Shown piece after piece: positions 11,439 through 25,928 of a stretch of 64,000 bases of DNA. Below the pieces are notes generated by a model, which was given only the letters and a program-made list of their open reading frames with translations, was not told the origin of the DNA and did no database searches. Position numbers and translations under genes: made by a program. The stretch covers positions 117,334-181,333 of the forward strand of contig JAUCBJ010006956.1 in NCBI GenBank assembly GCA_032718475.1, written 5' to 3'. The stretch is from Nemertoderma westbladi. Lineage: Eukaryota > Animalia > Xenacoelomorpha. The number at the start of each line of letters is the position of its first letter. Position 1 is the stretch's first letter.

Positions 11439-11690
11439 CACTAAATTTAATCATTTCCCACTAAATTTAATCATTTCCCACTAAATTTAATCATTTCCAA
11501 CTAAATTTAATCATTTCCCACTAAATTTAATCATTTCCTACTAAATTTAATCATTTCCCACTAAATTTAATCATTTCCCACTAAATTTAATCATTTCCCA
11601 CTAAATTTAATCATTTCCCACTAAATTTAATCATTTCCCACTAAATTTAATCATTTCCCACTAAATTTAATTACTTTTCACTAAAAATAA
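11439..11690. repeat. 20-bp minisatellite (CACTAAATTTAATCATTTCC), about 12 copies
   Basis: Direct tandem copies; degenerate CACTAAAAATAAT units extend left to about 11290. Confidence 0.92.
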
Positions 11691-12028
11691 TCAATGTCAA
11701 CTTTGAATTGTGTTTTAAATAATATTTCCTTATTATTCGAGTTACTCATTTTATATTTATTATTACTATATACATTTACAACTATTGATTTTGTAATAAA
11801 TACAGTATGCAGTTTATTATCATTTCATAATATTAAACAGTATTTTAATATTGTAGTAAACAATAGTACAGTACAGTATTTAATAGTTGTTTACCCAGTT
11901 TCAGTCCACTAAGGTGACTAGGGTATATAATATAAATTCTGTTCATTCTTTCTCGAAGCAGCTGTAGTATTCCTTCTACCAATCATTATGTAAATGGTGT
12001 TCGTTTCTTTCACTTCATTAAATTTCAG

Positions 12029-15000
12029 TAAGTTGTAGGGACTAACTACAGTTGAAGATAAGTTGTAGGGCCTAACTACAGTTGACGATAAGTTGTAGGG
12101 CCTACTACAGTTGACGATAAGTTGTAGGGCCTAACTACAGTTGATGATAAGTTGTAGGGCCTAACTACAGTTGACGATAAGTTGTAGGGCCTAACTACAA
12201 TTTACGATAAGTTGTAGGGCCTAACTACAGTTGACGATAAGTTGTAGGGCCTACTACAGTTGACGATAAGTTGTAGGGCCTAACTACAATTTATGATAAG
12301 TTGTAGGGCCTAACTACAGTTGACGATAAGTTGTAGGGCCTAACTACAGTTGACGATAAGTTGTAGGGCCTAACTACAGTTGACAATAAGTTGTAGGGCC
12401 TAACTACAGTTGATGATAAGTTGTAGGGCCTAACTACAGTTGACGATAAGTTGTAGGGCCTAACTACAGTTGATGATAAGTTGTAGGGCCTAACTACAAT
12501 TGACGATAAGTTGTAGGGCCTAACTACAGTTGACGATAAGTTGTAGGGCCTAACTACAGTTGACGATAAGTTGTAGGGCCTACTACAGTTGACGATAAGT
12601 TGTAGGGCCTAACTACAGTTGACGATAAGTTGTAGGGCCTAACTACAGTTGACGATAAGTTGTAGGGCCTAACTACAGTTGACGATAAGTTGTAGGGCCT
12701 AACTACAGTTGACGATAAGTTGTAGGGCCTACTACAGTTGACGATAAGTTGTAGGGCCTAACTACAGTTGACGATAAGTTGTAGGGCCTAACTACAGTTG
12801 ACGATAAGTTGTAGGGCCTACTACAGTTGACGATAAGTTGTAGGGCCTACTACAGTTGACGATAAGTTGTGGGGCCTAACTACAGTTGACGATAAGTTGT
12901 AGGGCCTACTACAGTTGACGATAAGTTGTAGGTCCTAACTACAGTTGACGATAAGTTGTAGGGCCTACTACAGTTGACGATAAGTTGTAGGGCCTAACTA
13001 CAGTTGACGATAAGTTGTAGGGCCTACTACAGTTGACAATAAGTTGTAGGGCCTACTACAGTTGACGATAAGTTGTAGGGCCTAACTACAGTTGACGATA
13101 AGTTGTAGGGCCTAACTACAGTTGACGATAAGTTGTAGGGCCTAACTACAGTTGATGATAAGTTGTAGGGCCTAACTACAGTTGACGATAAGTTGTAGGG
13201 CCTAACTACAATTTACGATAAGTTGTAGGGCCTAACTACAGTTGACAATAAGTTGTAGGGCCTACTGCAGTTGACGATAAGTTGTAGGACCTAACTACAG
13301 TTGACGATAAGTTGTAGGGCCTAACTACAGTTGACGATAAGTTGTAGGGCCTAACTACAGTTGATGATAAGTTGTAGGGCCTAACTACAATTGACGATAA
13401 GTTGTAGGGCCTAACTACAATTGACGATAATTTGTAGGGCCTAACTACAGTTGACGATAAGTTGTAGGGCCTACTACAGTTGACGATAAGTTGTAGGGCC
13501 TACTACAGTTGACGATAAGTTGTAGGGCCTAACTACAGTTGACGATAAGTTGTAGGGCCTAACTACAGTTGACGATAAGTTGTAGGGCCTAACTACAGTT
13601 GACGATAAGTTGTAGGGCCTACTACAGTTGACGATAAGTTGTAGGGCCTAACTACAGTTGACGATAAGTTGTAGGGCCTAACTACAGTTGACGATAAGTT
13701 GTAGGGCCTACTACAGTTGACGATAAGTTGTAGGGCCTACTACAGTTGACGATAAGTTGTGGGGCCTAACTACAGTTGACGATAAGTTGTAGGGCCTACT
13801 ACAGTTGACGATAAGTTGTAGGTCCTAACTACAGTTGACGATAAGTTGTAGGGCCTACTACAGTTGACGATAAGTTGTAGGGCCTAACTACAGTTGACGA
13901 TAAGTTGTAGGGCCTACTACAGTTGACAATAAGTTGTAGGGCCTACTACAGTTGACGATAAGTTGTAGGGCCTAACTACAGTTGACGATAAGTTGTAGGG
14001 CCTACTACAGTTGATGATAAGTTGTAGGGCCTAACTACAGTTGACGATAAGTTGTAGGGCCTAACTACAGTTGACGATAAGTTGTAGGGCCTAACTACAG
14101 TTGACGATAAGTTGTAGGGCCTAACTACAGTTGACGATAAGTTGTAGGGCCTACTACAGTTGACGATAAGTTGTAGGGCCTAACTACAGTTGACGATAAG
14201 TTGTAGGGCCTAACTACAGTTGACGATAAGTTGTAGGGCCTAACTACAATTTACGATAAGTTGTAGGGCCTAACTACAGTTGACGATAAGTTGTAGGGCC
14301 TAACTACAGTTGACGATAAGTTGTAGGGCCTAACTACAATTTACGATAAGTTGTAGGGCCTAACTACAGTTGACGATAAGTTGTAGGGCCTACTACAGTT
14401 GACGATAAGTTGTAGGGCCTAACTACAGTTGACGATAAGTTGTAGGGCCTAACTACAGTTGACGATAAGTTGTAGGGCCTACTACAGTTGATGATAAGTT
14501 GTAGAGCCTAACTACAGTTGACGATAAGTTGTAGGGCCTACTACAGTTGATGATAAGTTGTAGAGCCTACTACAGTTGACGATAAGTTGTAGGGCCTAAC
14601 TACAGTCGACGATAAGTTGTAGGGCCTAACTACAGTTGACGATAAGTTGTAGGGCCTACTACAGTTGACGATAAGTTGTAGGGCCTACTACAGTTGACGA
14701 TAAGTTGTAGGGCCTAACTACAGTTGACGATAAGTTGTAGGGCCTACTACAGTTGACGATAAGTTGTAGGGCCTAACTACAGTTGACGATAAGTTGTAGG
14801 GCCTACTGCAGTTGACGATAAGTTGTAGGGCCTAACTACAGTTGACGATAAGTTGTAGGGCCTACTACAGTTGACGATAAGTTGTAGGGCCTAACTACAG
14901 TTGACGATAAGTTGTAGGGCCTAACTACAGTTGACAATAAGTTGTAGGGCCTACTACAGTTGACGATAAGTTGTAGGGCCTACTACAGTTGACGATAAGT

Positions 15001-18000
15001 TGTAGGGCCTAACTACAGTTGACGATAAGTTGTAGGGCCTAACTACAGTTGACGATAAGTTGTAGGGCCTAACTACAGTTGACGATAAGTTGTAGGGCCT
15101 ACTACAGTTGACGATAAGTTGTACGGCCTAACTACAGTTTACGATAAGTTGTAGGGCCTAACTACAGTTGACGATAAGTTGTAGGGCCTAACTAAAGGTG
15201 ACGATAAGTTATAGGGCCTACTACAGTTGACGATAAGTTGTAGGGCCTAACTACAGTTGACGATAAGTTGTAGGGCCTACTACAGTTGATGATAAGTTGT
15301 ATGGCCTAACTACAGTTGACGATAAGTTGTAGGGCCTACTACAGTTGGCGATAAGTTGTAGGGCCTAACTACAGTTGACGATAAGTTGTGGGGCCTAACT
15401 GCAGTTGACGATAAGTTGTAGGGCCTTCTACAGTTGACGATAAGTTGTAGGGCCTAACTACAGTTGACGATAAGTTGTAGGGCCTAACTGCAGTTGACGA
15501 TAAGTTGTAGGGCCTAACTACAGTTGACGATAAGTTGTAGGGCCTAACTACAGTTGACGATAAGTTGTGGGGCCTAACTGCAGTTGACGATAAGTTGTAG
15601 GGCCTTCTACAGATGACGATAAGTTGTAGGGCCTAACTACAGTTGACGATAAGTTGTAGGGCCTAACTACAGTTGACGATAAGTTGTGGGGCCTAACTGC
15701 AGTTGACGATAAGTTGTAGGGCCTTCTACAGTTGACGATACGTTGTAGGGCCTAACTACAGTTGACGATAAGTTGTAGGGCCTAACTGCAGTTGACGATA
15801 AGTTGTAGGGCCTAACTACAGTTGACGATAAGTTGTAGGGCCTAACTACAGTTGACGATAAGTTGTGGGGCCTAACTGCAGTTGACGATAAGTTGTAGGG
15901 CCTTCTACAGTTGACGATAAGTTGTAGGGCCTAACTACAGTTGACGATAAGTTGTAGGGCCTAACTGCAGTTGACGATAAGTTGTAGGTCCTAACTACAG
16001 TTGACGATAAGTTGTAGGGCCTAACTACAATTGACGATAAGTTGTAGGGCCTAACTACAGTTGGCGATAAGTTGTAGGGCCTACTACAGTTGACGATAAG
16101 TTGTAGGGCTTACTACAGTTGACGATAAGTTGTAGGGCCTAACTGCAGTTGACAATAAGTTGTAGGGCCTAACTACAGTTGATGATAAGTTATAGGGCCT
16201 AACTACAGTTGACGATAAGTTGTAGGGCCTACTACAGTTGACGATAAATTGTAGGGCCTACTACAGTTGACGATAAGTTGTAGGGCCTAACTACAGTTGA
16301 CGATAAGTTGTAGGGCCAACTACAGTTGACGATAAGTTGTAGGGCCTAACTACAGTTGATGATAAGTTGTAGGGCCTAACTACAGTTGACGATAAGTTGT
16401 AGGGCCTAACTACAGTTGACGATAAGTTGTAGGGCCTAACTACAATTGACGATAAGTTGTAGGGCCTAACTACAATTGACGATAAGTTGTAGGGCCTAAC
16501 TACAGTTGACGATAAGTTGTAGGGCCTACTACAGTTGACGATAAGTTGTAGGGCCTACTACAGTTGACGATAAGTTGTAAGGCCTAACTACAGTTGACGA
16601 TAAGTTGTAGGGCCTAACTACAGTTGACGATAAGTTGTAGGGCCTAACTACAGTTGACGATAAGTTGTAGGGCCTACTATAGTTGACGATAAGTTGTAGG
16701 GCCTAACTACAGTTGACAATAAGTTGTAGGGCCTAACTACAGTTGACGATAAGTTGTAGGGCCTACTACAGTTGACGATAAGTTGTAGGGCCTACTACAG
16801 TTGACGATAAGTTGTAGGGCCTAACTACAGTTGACGATAAGTTGTAGGGCCTAACTACAGTTGACGATAAGTTGTAGGGCCTACTACAGTTGACGATAAG
16901 TTGTAGGTCCTAACTACTGTTGACGATAAGTTGTAGGGCCTACTACAGTTGATGATAAGTTGTAGGGCCTAACTACAGTTGACGATAAGTTGTAGGGCCT
17001 ACTACAGTTGACGATAAGTTGTAGGGCCTACTACAGTTGACGATAAGTTGTAGGGCCTAACTACAGTTGACGATAAGTTGTAGGGCCTACTACAGTTGAT
17101 GATAAGTTGTAGGGCCTAACTACAGTTGACGATAAGTTGTAGGGCCTACTACAGTTGACAATAAGTTGTGGGGCCTACTACAGTTGACGATAAGTTGTAG
17201 GGCCTAACTACAGTTGACGATAAGTTGTAGGGCCTAACTACAGTTGACGATAAGTTGTAGGGCCTAACTACAGTTGACGATAAGTTGTAGGGCCTAACTA
17301 CAGTTGACGATAAGTTGTAGGGCCTACTACAGTTGACGATAAGTTGTAGGGCCTACTACAGTTGACGATAAGTTGTAGGGCCTAACTACAGTTGACGATA
17401 AGTTGTAGGGCCTAACTACAGTTGACGATAAGTTGTAGGGCCTACTACAGTTGACGATAAGTTGTAGGGCCTAACTACAGTTGACGATAAGTTGTAGGGC
17501 CTAACTACAGTTGACGATAAGTTGTAGGGCCTAACTACAGTTGACGATAAGTTGTAGGGCCTACTACAGTTGACAATAAGTTGTAGGGCCTAACTACAGT
17601 TGACGATAAGTTGTAGGGCCTAACTACAATTGACGATAAGTTGTAGGGCCTAACTACAATTGACAATAAGTTGTAGGGCCTAACTACAGTTGACGATAAG
17701 TTGTAGGGCCTACTACAGTTGACAATAAGTTGTAGGGCCTAACTACAGTTGACGATAAGTTGTAGGGCCTAACTACAGTTGACGATAAGTTGTAGGGCCT
17801 ACTACAGTTGACGATAAGTTGTAGGGCCTACTACAGTTGACGATAAGTTGTAGGGCCTAACTACAGTTGACGATAAGTTGTAGGGCCTAACTACAGTTGA
17901 CGATAAGTTGTAGGGCCTAACTAGAAGTTGATGATAAGTTATAGGGCCTAACTACAGTTGACGATAAGTTGTAGGGCCTACTACAGTTGACGATAAGTTG

Positions 18001-20314
18001 TAGGGCCTACTACAGTTGACGATAAGTTGTAGGGCCTAACTACAGTTGACGATAAGTTGTAGGGCCAACTACAGTTGACGATAAGTTGTAGGGCCTAACT
18101 ACAGTTGACGATAAGTTGTAGGGCCTAACTACAGTTGACGATAAGTTGTAGGGCCTAACTACAGTTGACGATAAGTTGTAGGGCCTAACTACAATTGACG
18201 ATAAGTTGTAGGGCCTAACTACAATTGACGATAAGTTGTAGGGCCTAACTACAGTTAACGATAAGTTGTAGGGCCTACTACAGTTGACGATAAGTTGTAG
18301 GGCCTACTACAGTTGACGATAAGTTGTAGGGCCTAACTACAGTTGACGATAAGTTGTAGGGCCTAACTACAGTTGACGATAAGTTGTAGGGCCTAACTAC
18401 AGTTGACGATAAGTTGTTGGGCCTACTACAGTTGACGATAGGTTGTAGGGCCTAACTACAGTTGACGATAAGTTGTAGGGCCTAACTACAGTTGACGATA
18501 AGTTGTAGGGCCTACTACAGTTGACGATAAGTTGTAGGGCCTACTACATTTGACGATAAGTTGTAGGGCCTAACTACAGTTGACGATAAGTTGTAGGGCC
18601 TAACTACAGTTGACGATAAGTTGTAGGGCCTACTACAGTTGACGATAAGTTGTAGGTCCTAACTACAGTTGACGATAAGTTGTAGGGCCTACTACAGTTG
18701 ACGATAAGTTGTAGGGCCTAACTACAGTTGACGATAAGTTGTAGGGCCTACTACAGTTGATGATAAGTTGTAGCGCCTACTACAGTTGACGATAAGTTGT
18801 AGGGCCTAACTACAGTTGACGATAAGTTGTAGGGCCTAATACAGTTGATGATAAGTTGTAGGGCCTAACTACAGTTGACGATAAGTTGTAGGGCCTACTA
18901 CAGTTGACGATAAGTTGTAGGGCCTACTACAGTTGACGATAAGTTGTAGGGCCTAACTACAGTTGACGATAAGTTGTAGGGCCTAACTACAGTTGACGAT
19001 AAGTTGTAGGGCCTAACTACAGTTGACGATAAGTTGTAGGGTCTAACTACAGTTGACGATAAGTTGTAGGGCCTACTACAGTTGATGATAAGTTGTATGG
19101 CCTACTACAGTTGACGATAAGTTGTAGGGCCTAACTACAGTTGACGATAAGTTGTAGGGCCTAACTACAGTTGACGATAAGTTGTAGGGCCTAACTACAG
19201 TTGACGATAAGTTGTAGGGCCTAACTACAGTTGACGTTAAGTTGTAGGGCCTAACTACAGTTGACGATAAGTTGTAGGGCCTAACTACAGTTGAAGATAA
19301 GTTTTAGGGCCTAACTACAGTTGACGATAAGTTGTAGGGCCTAACTACAGTTGACGATAAGTTGTAGGGCCTAACTGCAGTTGACGATAAGTTGTAGGGC
19401 CTAACTACAGTTGAAGATAAGTTGTAGGGCCTAACTACAGTTGACGATAAGTTGTAGGGCCTAACTACAGTTGACAATAAGTTGTGGGGCCTAATACAGT
19501 TGAAGATAAGTTGTAGGGCCTAACTACAGTTGACGATAAGTTGTAGGGCCTAACTACAGTTGACGATAAGTTGTAGGGCCTACTACAGTTGACGATAAGT
19601 TGTAGGGCCTAACTACAGTTGACGATAAGTTGTAGGGCCTAACTACAGTTGACAATAAGTTGTTGGGCCTACTACAGTTGACGATAAGTTGTAGGGCCTA
19701 CTACAGTTGACGATAAGTTGTAGGGCCTAACTACAGTTGACGATAAGTTGTAGGGCCTAACTACAGTTGACGATAAGTTGTAGGGCCTAACTACAGTTGA
19801 CGATAAGTTGTAGGGCCTACTACAGTTGACGATAAGTTGTACGGCCTAACTACAGTTTACGATAAGTTGTAGGGCCTAACTACAGTTGACGATAAGTTGT
19901 AGGGCCTAACTAAAGGTGACGATAAGTTATAGGGCCTACTACAGTTGACGATAAGTTGTAGGGCCTAACTACAGTTGACGATAAGTTGTAGGGCCTACTA
20001 CAGTTGATGATAAGTTGTACGGCCTAACTACAGTTGACGATAAGTTGTAGGGCCTACTACAGTTGGCGATAAGTTGTAGGGCCTAACTACAGTTGACGAT
20101 AAGTTGTGGGGCCTAACTGCAGTTGACGATAAGTTGTAGGGCCTTCTACAGTTGACGATAAGTTGTAGGGCCTAACTACAGTTGGCGATAAGTTGTAGGG
20201 CCTAACTGCAGTTGACGATAAGTTGTAGGTCCTAACTACAGTTGACGATAAGTTGTAGGGCCTAACTACAATTGACGATAAGTTGTAGGGCCTAACTACA
20301 GTTGACGATAAGTT
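12029..20314. repeat. Satellite array of 29/30-bp units, about 280 copies
   Basis: Consensus GATAAGTTGTAGGGCCTA(A)CTACAGTTGAC, head to tail, with no unique spacers. Confidence 0.98.
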
Positions 20315-20589
20315 TGCTTGATTAAGCCATGTTCTGGCTTTGCACCTTCCACGAATGATAGCGCTGCTGTTTCTTTGTACGTTGCTTTCTGCGGCGTTAC
20401 TACGTAGCTCGGTAATAATAGCTCACGTCCTAGGGGTGTTTGTCATTGAGAATTAGACAGAAACAGTACTGACTGACTGATTGGATGATACAATTTAATA
20501 TACTGTAGTAATGAAAGTAACCGGAATACCGACGGAACTGGACTGCACAAACAGACGGTAGAGTTGTTTCAGGTTCAGACAGCCTGATT

Positions 20590-20800
20590 ATTGTTAGTGA
20601 AAAAAATATAATTTTTAGTGAATAAAAGATTAATTTTAGTGATAAAAAATTATAATTAGTGAAAAATCATTATTTTTAGTGGATTTGCAATGATTTACAG
20701 TGATGAATGAATTATTTAGTGATGAGTGATTATTTTTAGTTATATTGGCATTAAATTTAGTGAAAAATACATTATTTTTAGTGAGTCGAAAAATAGATGC
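20590..20800. repeat. Degenerate ATTATTTTTAGTG repeats, inverted relative to 11290-11690
   Basis: Multiple TTTTTAGTG motifs at ~20-bp spacing, the reverse complement of the CACTAAAAA units left of the satellite. Confidence 0.55.
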
Positions 20801-21329
20801 CTTAATAATACTAAAATATTGTTTTGATTCATTTTTGCAAATCTGCAATTAATTTGCCTTATTTCCGTTTATTGACACTGCCGAAGTTGTGCTAGGCTCA
20901 AGATATATATATCCGCCTTTATAGTTTTTGTCATTGCTTATATTACTTAGTATCTTTTTTTCATTCCAATTAGATTCCATTGTGTTGTAAATGTTTTAGA
21001 TAATTTAGTAGCAGACGTATTTCCCTTTTACTTTCTATGATGTGTTACAAACTAACACAATGTTTTGTTGTTGTTGTTGTTGTTGTTGTTTGTGTTTTTG
21101 TTTATTAAGTTTTATTAAAGGAATGGCTGGTAATTGAATTCATAATTAATTAATGTATTCAACATTAAATATAATTGGGTTTAATTAGGCCCCACATGGT
21201 TTACATGACACACAGGTTTAATTCGCACACAAATAACAGCAATAATTATTTCCGTCCAGCACATACTTAGTGGATGTCTACATTGTTACTATAGCAACTA
21301 ACATAATATCACCACATCCAGAACCAAGA

Positions 21330-22005
21330 TTGGAAGACTGGGATACCTGATGTCTCTAAAGGACTCTCGCCCCTAGTGAAGAGAGCGATGATGGTCCATT
21401 ACAGTTCTTGGAATAGACTTTGTAAAGCGATCACGTATTTGAAACGGCTTTTCCACCATCATTATTCCAACACTAAAGAAATTCACAACGCCATCCCAGG
21501 ATAAGTTGAAAAGGTTAATGCTATCAAAGACCTTCCCACTTATCAGCTGCCCACTAAGTTTTAACGGACTAGATCACCCATCAGGAGCATGATAATACCA
21601 ACAAGCAACTACTGAGGCTTCTACAGTGCCATGAGGATCCTGAGAAGTATTTCCTGTTGATGAAATATCCACAGATGCGCTTAAAGGATTCCTTTTCTAT
21701 CATGATGTTTGACGGACTCATACGTGTTGGAGGGAGATTAACTAATGCACCGACTTTCCTTTGACACTAAGTACCCCATCATCATTAGAAATCTTGAAAT
21801 ACAAATCAAGATGATTGTAGATGTCCATAGTAATCTTTATCATGCCGGTAGGGAACGAGTTATTAGCGAAATTAGAACGCGCTATTATTTCCATAAGCCC
21901 CGTAGAGCTCTAAACCAAGTTCTTAGGAACTGTATACCATGTAGGAAAGCATTTAGTAGGCCTTTAACCCAGCGAGAGGCAGAATTACCTAGGGAAAGAG
22001 TAAGG
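21330..22005 (+). pseudogene. BEL/Pao pol fragment (linker plus integrase HHCC zinc-binding region)
   Basis: HYSSWNRLCKAITYLKR, GLIRVGGRL, YPII, H-x4-HAG...RYY...CIPCRK...LPRERV; frameshifted and truncated. Confidence 0.85.
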
Positions 22006-23594
22006 TGTTATGTTGTTTGTATATTTAATCAAACATATGGAACATATTTGATTGGACTCTATAAAAACTGAATACAACAAAATAAGTTAATAAAATACAA
22101 TACTAGCAGGTAAAAATACGGACAGTCCGGGGGGGGGGGGCTATATACATGGTTTGTCTGTTGTCACTAGCCATAGGGCTGTCCTCAGCTCCGATGTGCA
22201 CTGCGGTATACGTGTACACTCGCGGTAGTGTTCCTTAGCAGTTGCAGGGGAACCGCACATCCAACATACACATTCATCTGAGGGTCTCCAGCAGTTTGTT
22301 TTTGTACATATTCGGTGGTGGCAGCCGTTCGATATAAGCAGCACGGCAGAGCGACGATGAAATCCAGTTAGTCCAGTAAGGTATATATGTAACAAATATG
22401 TAACAGCTATATATGTAACAAAATAATTGTTTTCGGGTTTAACTTGGAAGCCTCCCCAAATAGTTGATATACAATTATATTTAAAATTATTTCCATGGTC
22501 ATGGTCATTCACCCGTCTTTAGTTAGAAATTTGTTTGCATGAAAGACAGTTTAGTTTAGTTTTTACTGATTTATTATCTCTTATCTGACTGGGGTAATAA
22601 TAAAGGATAGGATAAATTGAAGCAAAGTGTGACAGTAACAAATATTTCCCCGTCACCCTAGCATGTCTTAAGTATATCATATATCAAAGGGGGAAGTTTG
22701 GATTCACTGCATAAATGCAGTTCACCAAACTTCCCCCGAATGCACACTGTAACTTCCCCCTTCCCCCAAATATCCACTGTTGAATTAATTTGAAGTGATA
22801 TAATAAGTACAAAATTGTGCGAGTTTTTAATTGTGTGGTCCATTTGTTGTTTGATCTCTATTTATTGTTTTAAGTGCATTTAATATCACACTGGTTTTTA
22901 GAATATTATACTATACAACCTTATGTTTTATTAATTTACCCAATCGAAGCCTCATAAGGGGGGGGTTATTTGTACGCATATCCCCTAATGCACTCAGTAA
23001 GGTTCAAACAACATATTAATATGAAAATAAAGTATCTGCAAAGAAAATAACCCAATACTATATAATTTGACCTTATTAAAAAATTTGCACTTTCGCACAC
23101 TTATTTGTACAAATGCACTTTAGCAGATCGTAATGGTGGCTCTTATTTAACAAACTTATGTTTATCCTCTACCGATCTACGATGGTGTATGATCAAGTGT
23201 AAGTCGCTAAAAGTGTCAAAAATCCAATTTAATAAATCTGGATTTGCGATTTTGGACCATATTCATGGACATTTTTAAGTCACTTTATAGACATAAAAAG
23301 TTAAACAAATGTTACGATTATAGTTAGAAATCATTCCAAACTACATTTTAATCCAAAAAATAATATTCTACGATGAATAGAACTGGAAATAACAGTGTTT
23401 GAAATATCGAAAAAATGTTCACTATTTAAGTGCATTTTGCACTAAGTGCACATGCGTCTTTTCCCAAGTTGTATCCTATTTCACACACTACAATCTATCC
23501 TCTATCCAATGAAAAAAGTTTCAGATTAAACGGCCCTGTAGAACCGAAGTTATTTATGTTTACAAATAGTCACTCGAAAATTTCAAATTCTCTT

Positions 23595-23668
23595 GGTCAC
23601 ATAGTCTAGTGGTTATCAATCACGTTAATGAAACCTAAGTTCGCGGGTTCGAAATCCAATATTGACCT
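23595..23668 (+). pseudogene. tRNA-like sequence (Pol III type-2 cassette)
   Basis: A-box TAGTCTAGTGG, B-box GGTTCGAAATCC, GGTCA.../...TGACC acceptor-like pairing and a T7 run ~12 nt downstream. D and anticodon arms are poor. Confidence 0.6.
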
Positions 23669-25928
23669 GACCATTCTTAATTTTTTTGCAAAAAAAATAT
23701 TTTTATTTTTTCACTAAAATCGCTCTAACTTCGGTTCTGGTGGTCCAAATTCAATAAAATTGGTATATTCTTTGCCGTAATTTTTTTCTTAATCTTTTGA
23801 GAGGGGGTTATTTTTGGCCCAAAAAAATTAAAAAAAAGGGCCAAAATAACGCGATATTTTTCGACCCTTAAAATTCGTAATTTTAATTATATATGTTAAG
23901 ATAAAAGATAGCGGAGTTAATTTGATACTTTTTACAGGTACTTTTGGCGCAATACGCTAAATTATAATGTAATAGCGATTTGTTAAAAAAAAAATTGTTC
24001 GTCCCTTTTTATAAATATTATATTTCACACGATCGCCTGCCGCTCCAGTTTTATAATACCTCCGCGCTGTGATTAACGCTGTTAGATAGATAATTTAACG
24101 CACTATAAGTCTGTGTAAACAAATCTCCCGTAAGTTAAGTAGTTTTCGAGCTAGACGATTTCCCGCGAAGCAAGTTTGAAGCGCGAAATTATAATTTTGG
24201 CCCTCATTTTTTAATATCATCCTTGGAGCAAAACCGATAGCATATTTGAATTCCCCGTATGGATATTGACTGTATAGAATGTATCTTAACCAACTAAAGT
24301 TAAAAATAAAAAATTATTCGATAAAAACTACTTTACAAATTCTGGCCCTTTTTGGCCCCTATTACCGACATATTTGTTGTACCCCCATTCGATAGGAACG
24401 TAGCCCCAATGGTCTTCTACGAGTTTCATAAAAGAATTAGTGGATTCCTACCCGCGTTGTCGAATTAAACATTTCGGAAATAAGTTTTCCAAAAAAGACG
24501 GACAAAAACGTACAAATTTACAGCCCCTTTTTCCACCCGAAATTTTAATAAATATCTTACCCCCATTCGATACGAAGGTAGTACCACTCTTCCCCTTTCC
24601 AACCGCGTTACTTTCGTCCCCGTACGATTAATATTAGCCGAGTTATGGCGGATCCCACAAAGTCATTTTGTCCGTTTTTTCAACTTTGACGGACATTTTC
24701 GGAAAAAAGCCGTGGTAATCTTTTTTGAAAAAAAAAACGAATTCACTAATTAATCCCTTCTATCGTATCCCGGCGTCGGCTAAGCAATAACCTAGGGTTT
24801 TTTCGAGCCACTGTAGAGCGCCTTTCAAAAAAATTTTAAAATTGTCGAAAAAATGACGGATTTTTGTCCGCCGTGTCCGTCGAAGGGTTAGATTTAATAA
24901 TGTTAGAGTTGCTAATATCTTAGAATTCCGAGCCGCTCCCCTGGTGAGAAAATAAAAAAATTTGGTCTGTTCCTTCATCGAAAAGTCCCCCAGAATCCCA
25001 AGTTAACCTATATAGTTAGCGATGGCCTGCGGCTTTAGGAGCGGCCGCGGTATTCACCTCCCTCATAGCGGCCGCGGCGGTGTTGCGTCAAATGGAGAAA
25101 TATTTATCCCACCAAGAGAATTTGAAATTTTCGAGTGATTATTTTTAAACATCAATAACTTCTGTTCTACTGGGCCGTTTGATCTGAAACTTTTTTCATT
25201 GGATAGAGGATAGATTGTAGTGTGTGAAATAGGATACAACTTGGGAAAAGACGTATGTGCACTTAGTGCATAATGCACTTAAAAAGTACACATTTTTTCG
25301 ATATTTCAAACACTATTATTTCCAGTTCCATTCATCGTAGAATGCTATTTTTTGGATTAAAATGTAGTTTGGAGTGATTTCTAACTATAATCGTAACATT
25401 TGTTTAACTTTTTATGTATATAAAGTGACTTAAAATGCCCATGAATATGGTCCAAAATCGCAAATGTCGCGATTTATTAAATTAGATTTTTTACACTTTT
25501 AGTGACTGACACTTGATCATACACCATCGTAGATCGGTAGAGGATAAACATAAGTTTGTTAAATAAGAACCACCATTACGATCTGCTGAAGTGCACTTGT
25601 ACAAATAAGTGTGCAAAAGTGCAAATTTTTTAATAAGGTCAAATTATATAGCATTAGGTTCTTTTCTTTGCAGATACTTTATTTTCATATTAATATGTTG
25701 TTTGGCTCATACTGAGCGCATTAGGGATATGCGTACAAATAAGCGGCCCTTATTAAGGCTTCGATTGGGTTAATAAATAAAACATAAGGTTGTAATATTC
25801 TAAAAAACCAGTGTGATATTAAATGCACTTTAAACAATAAATAGAGATCAAATAACAAATGGACTACACAATTAAAAACTCGCACAATTTTGTACTTATT
25901 ATATCGCTTCAAATTAATTCAACAGTGG

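Noticed and set aside
12029-20314. CRISPR-like array (30-bp, partly palindromic repeat)
   Set aside because: Units are contiguous with no unique spacers, there are no cas genes, and the context is eukaryotic. It is a satellite.
22006-22420. Possible solo LTR (TGTTA...TAACA)
   Set aside because: Three alternative right ends, no TSD and no second copy in the window.
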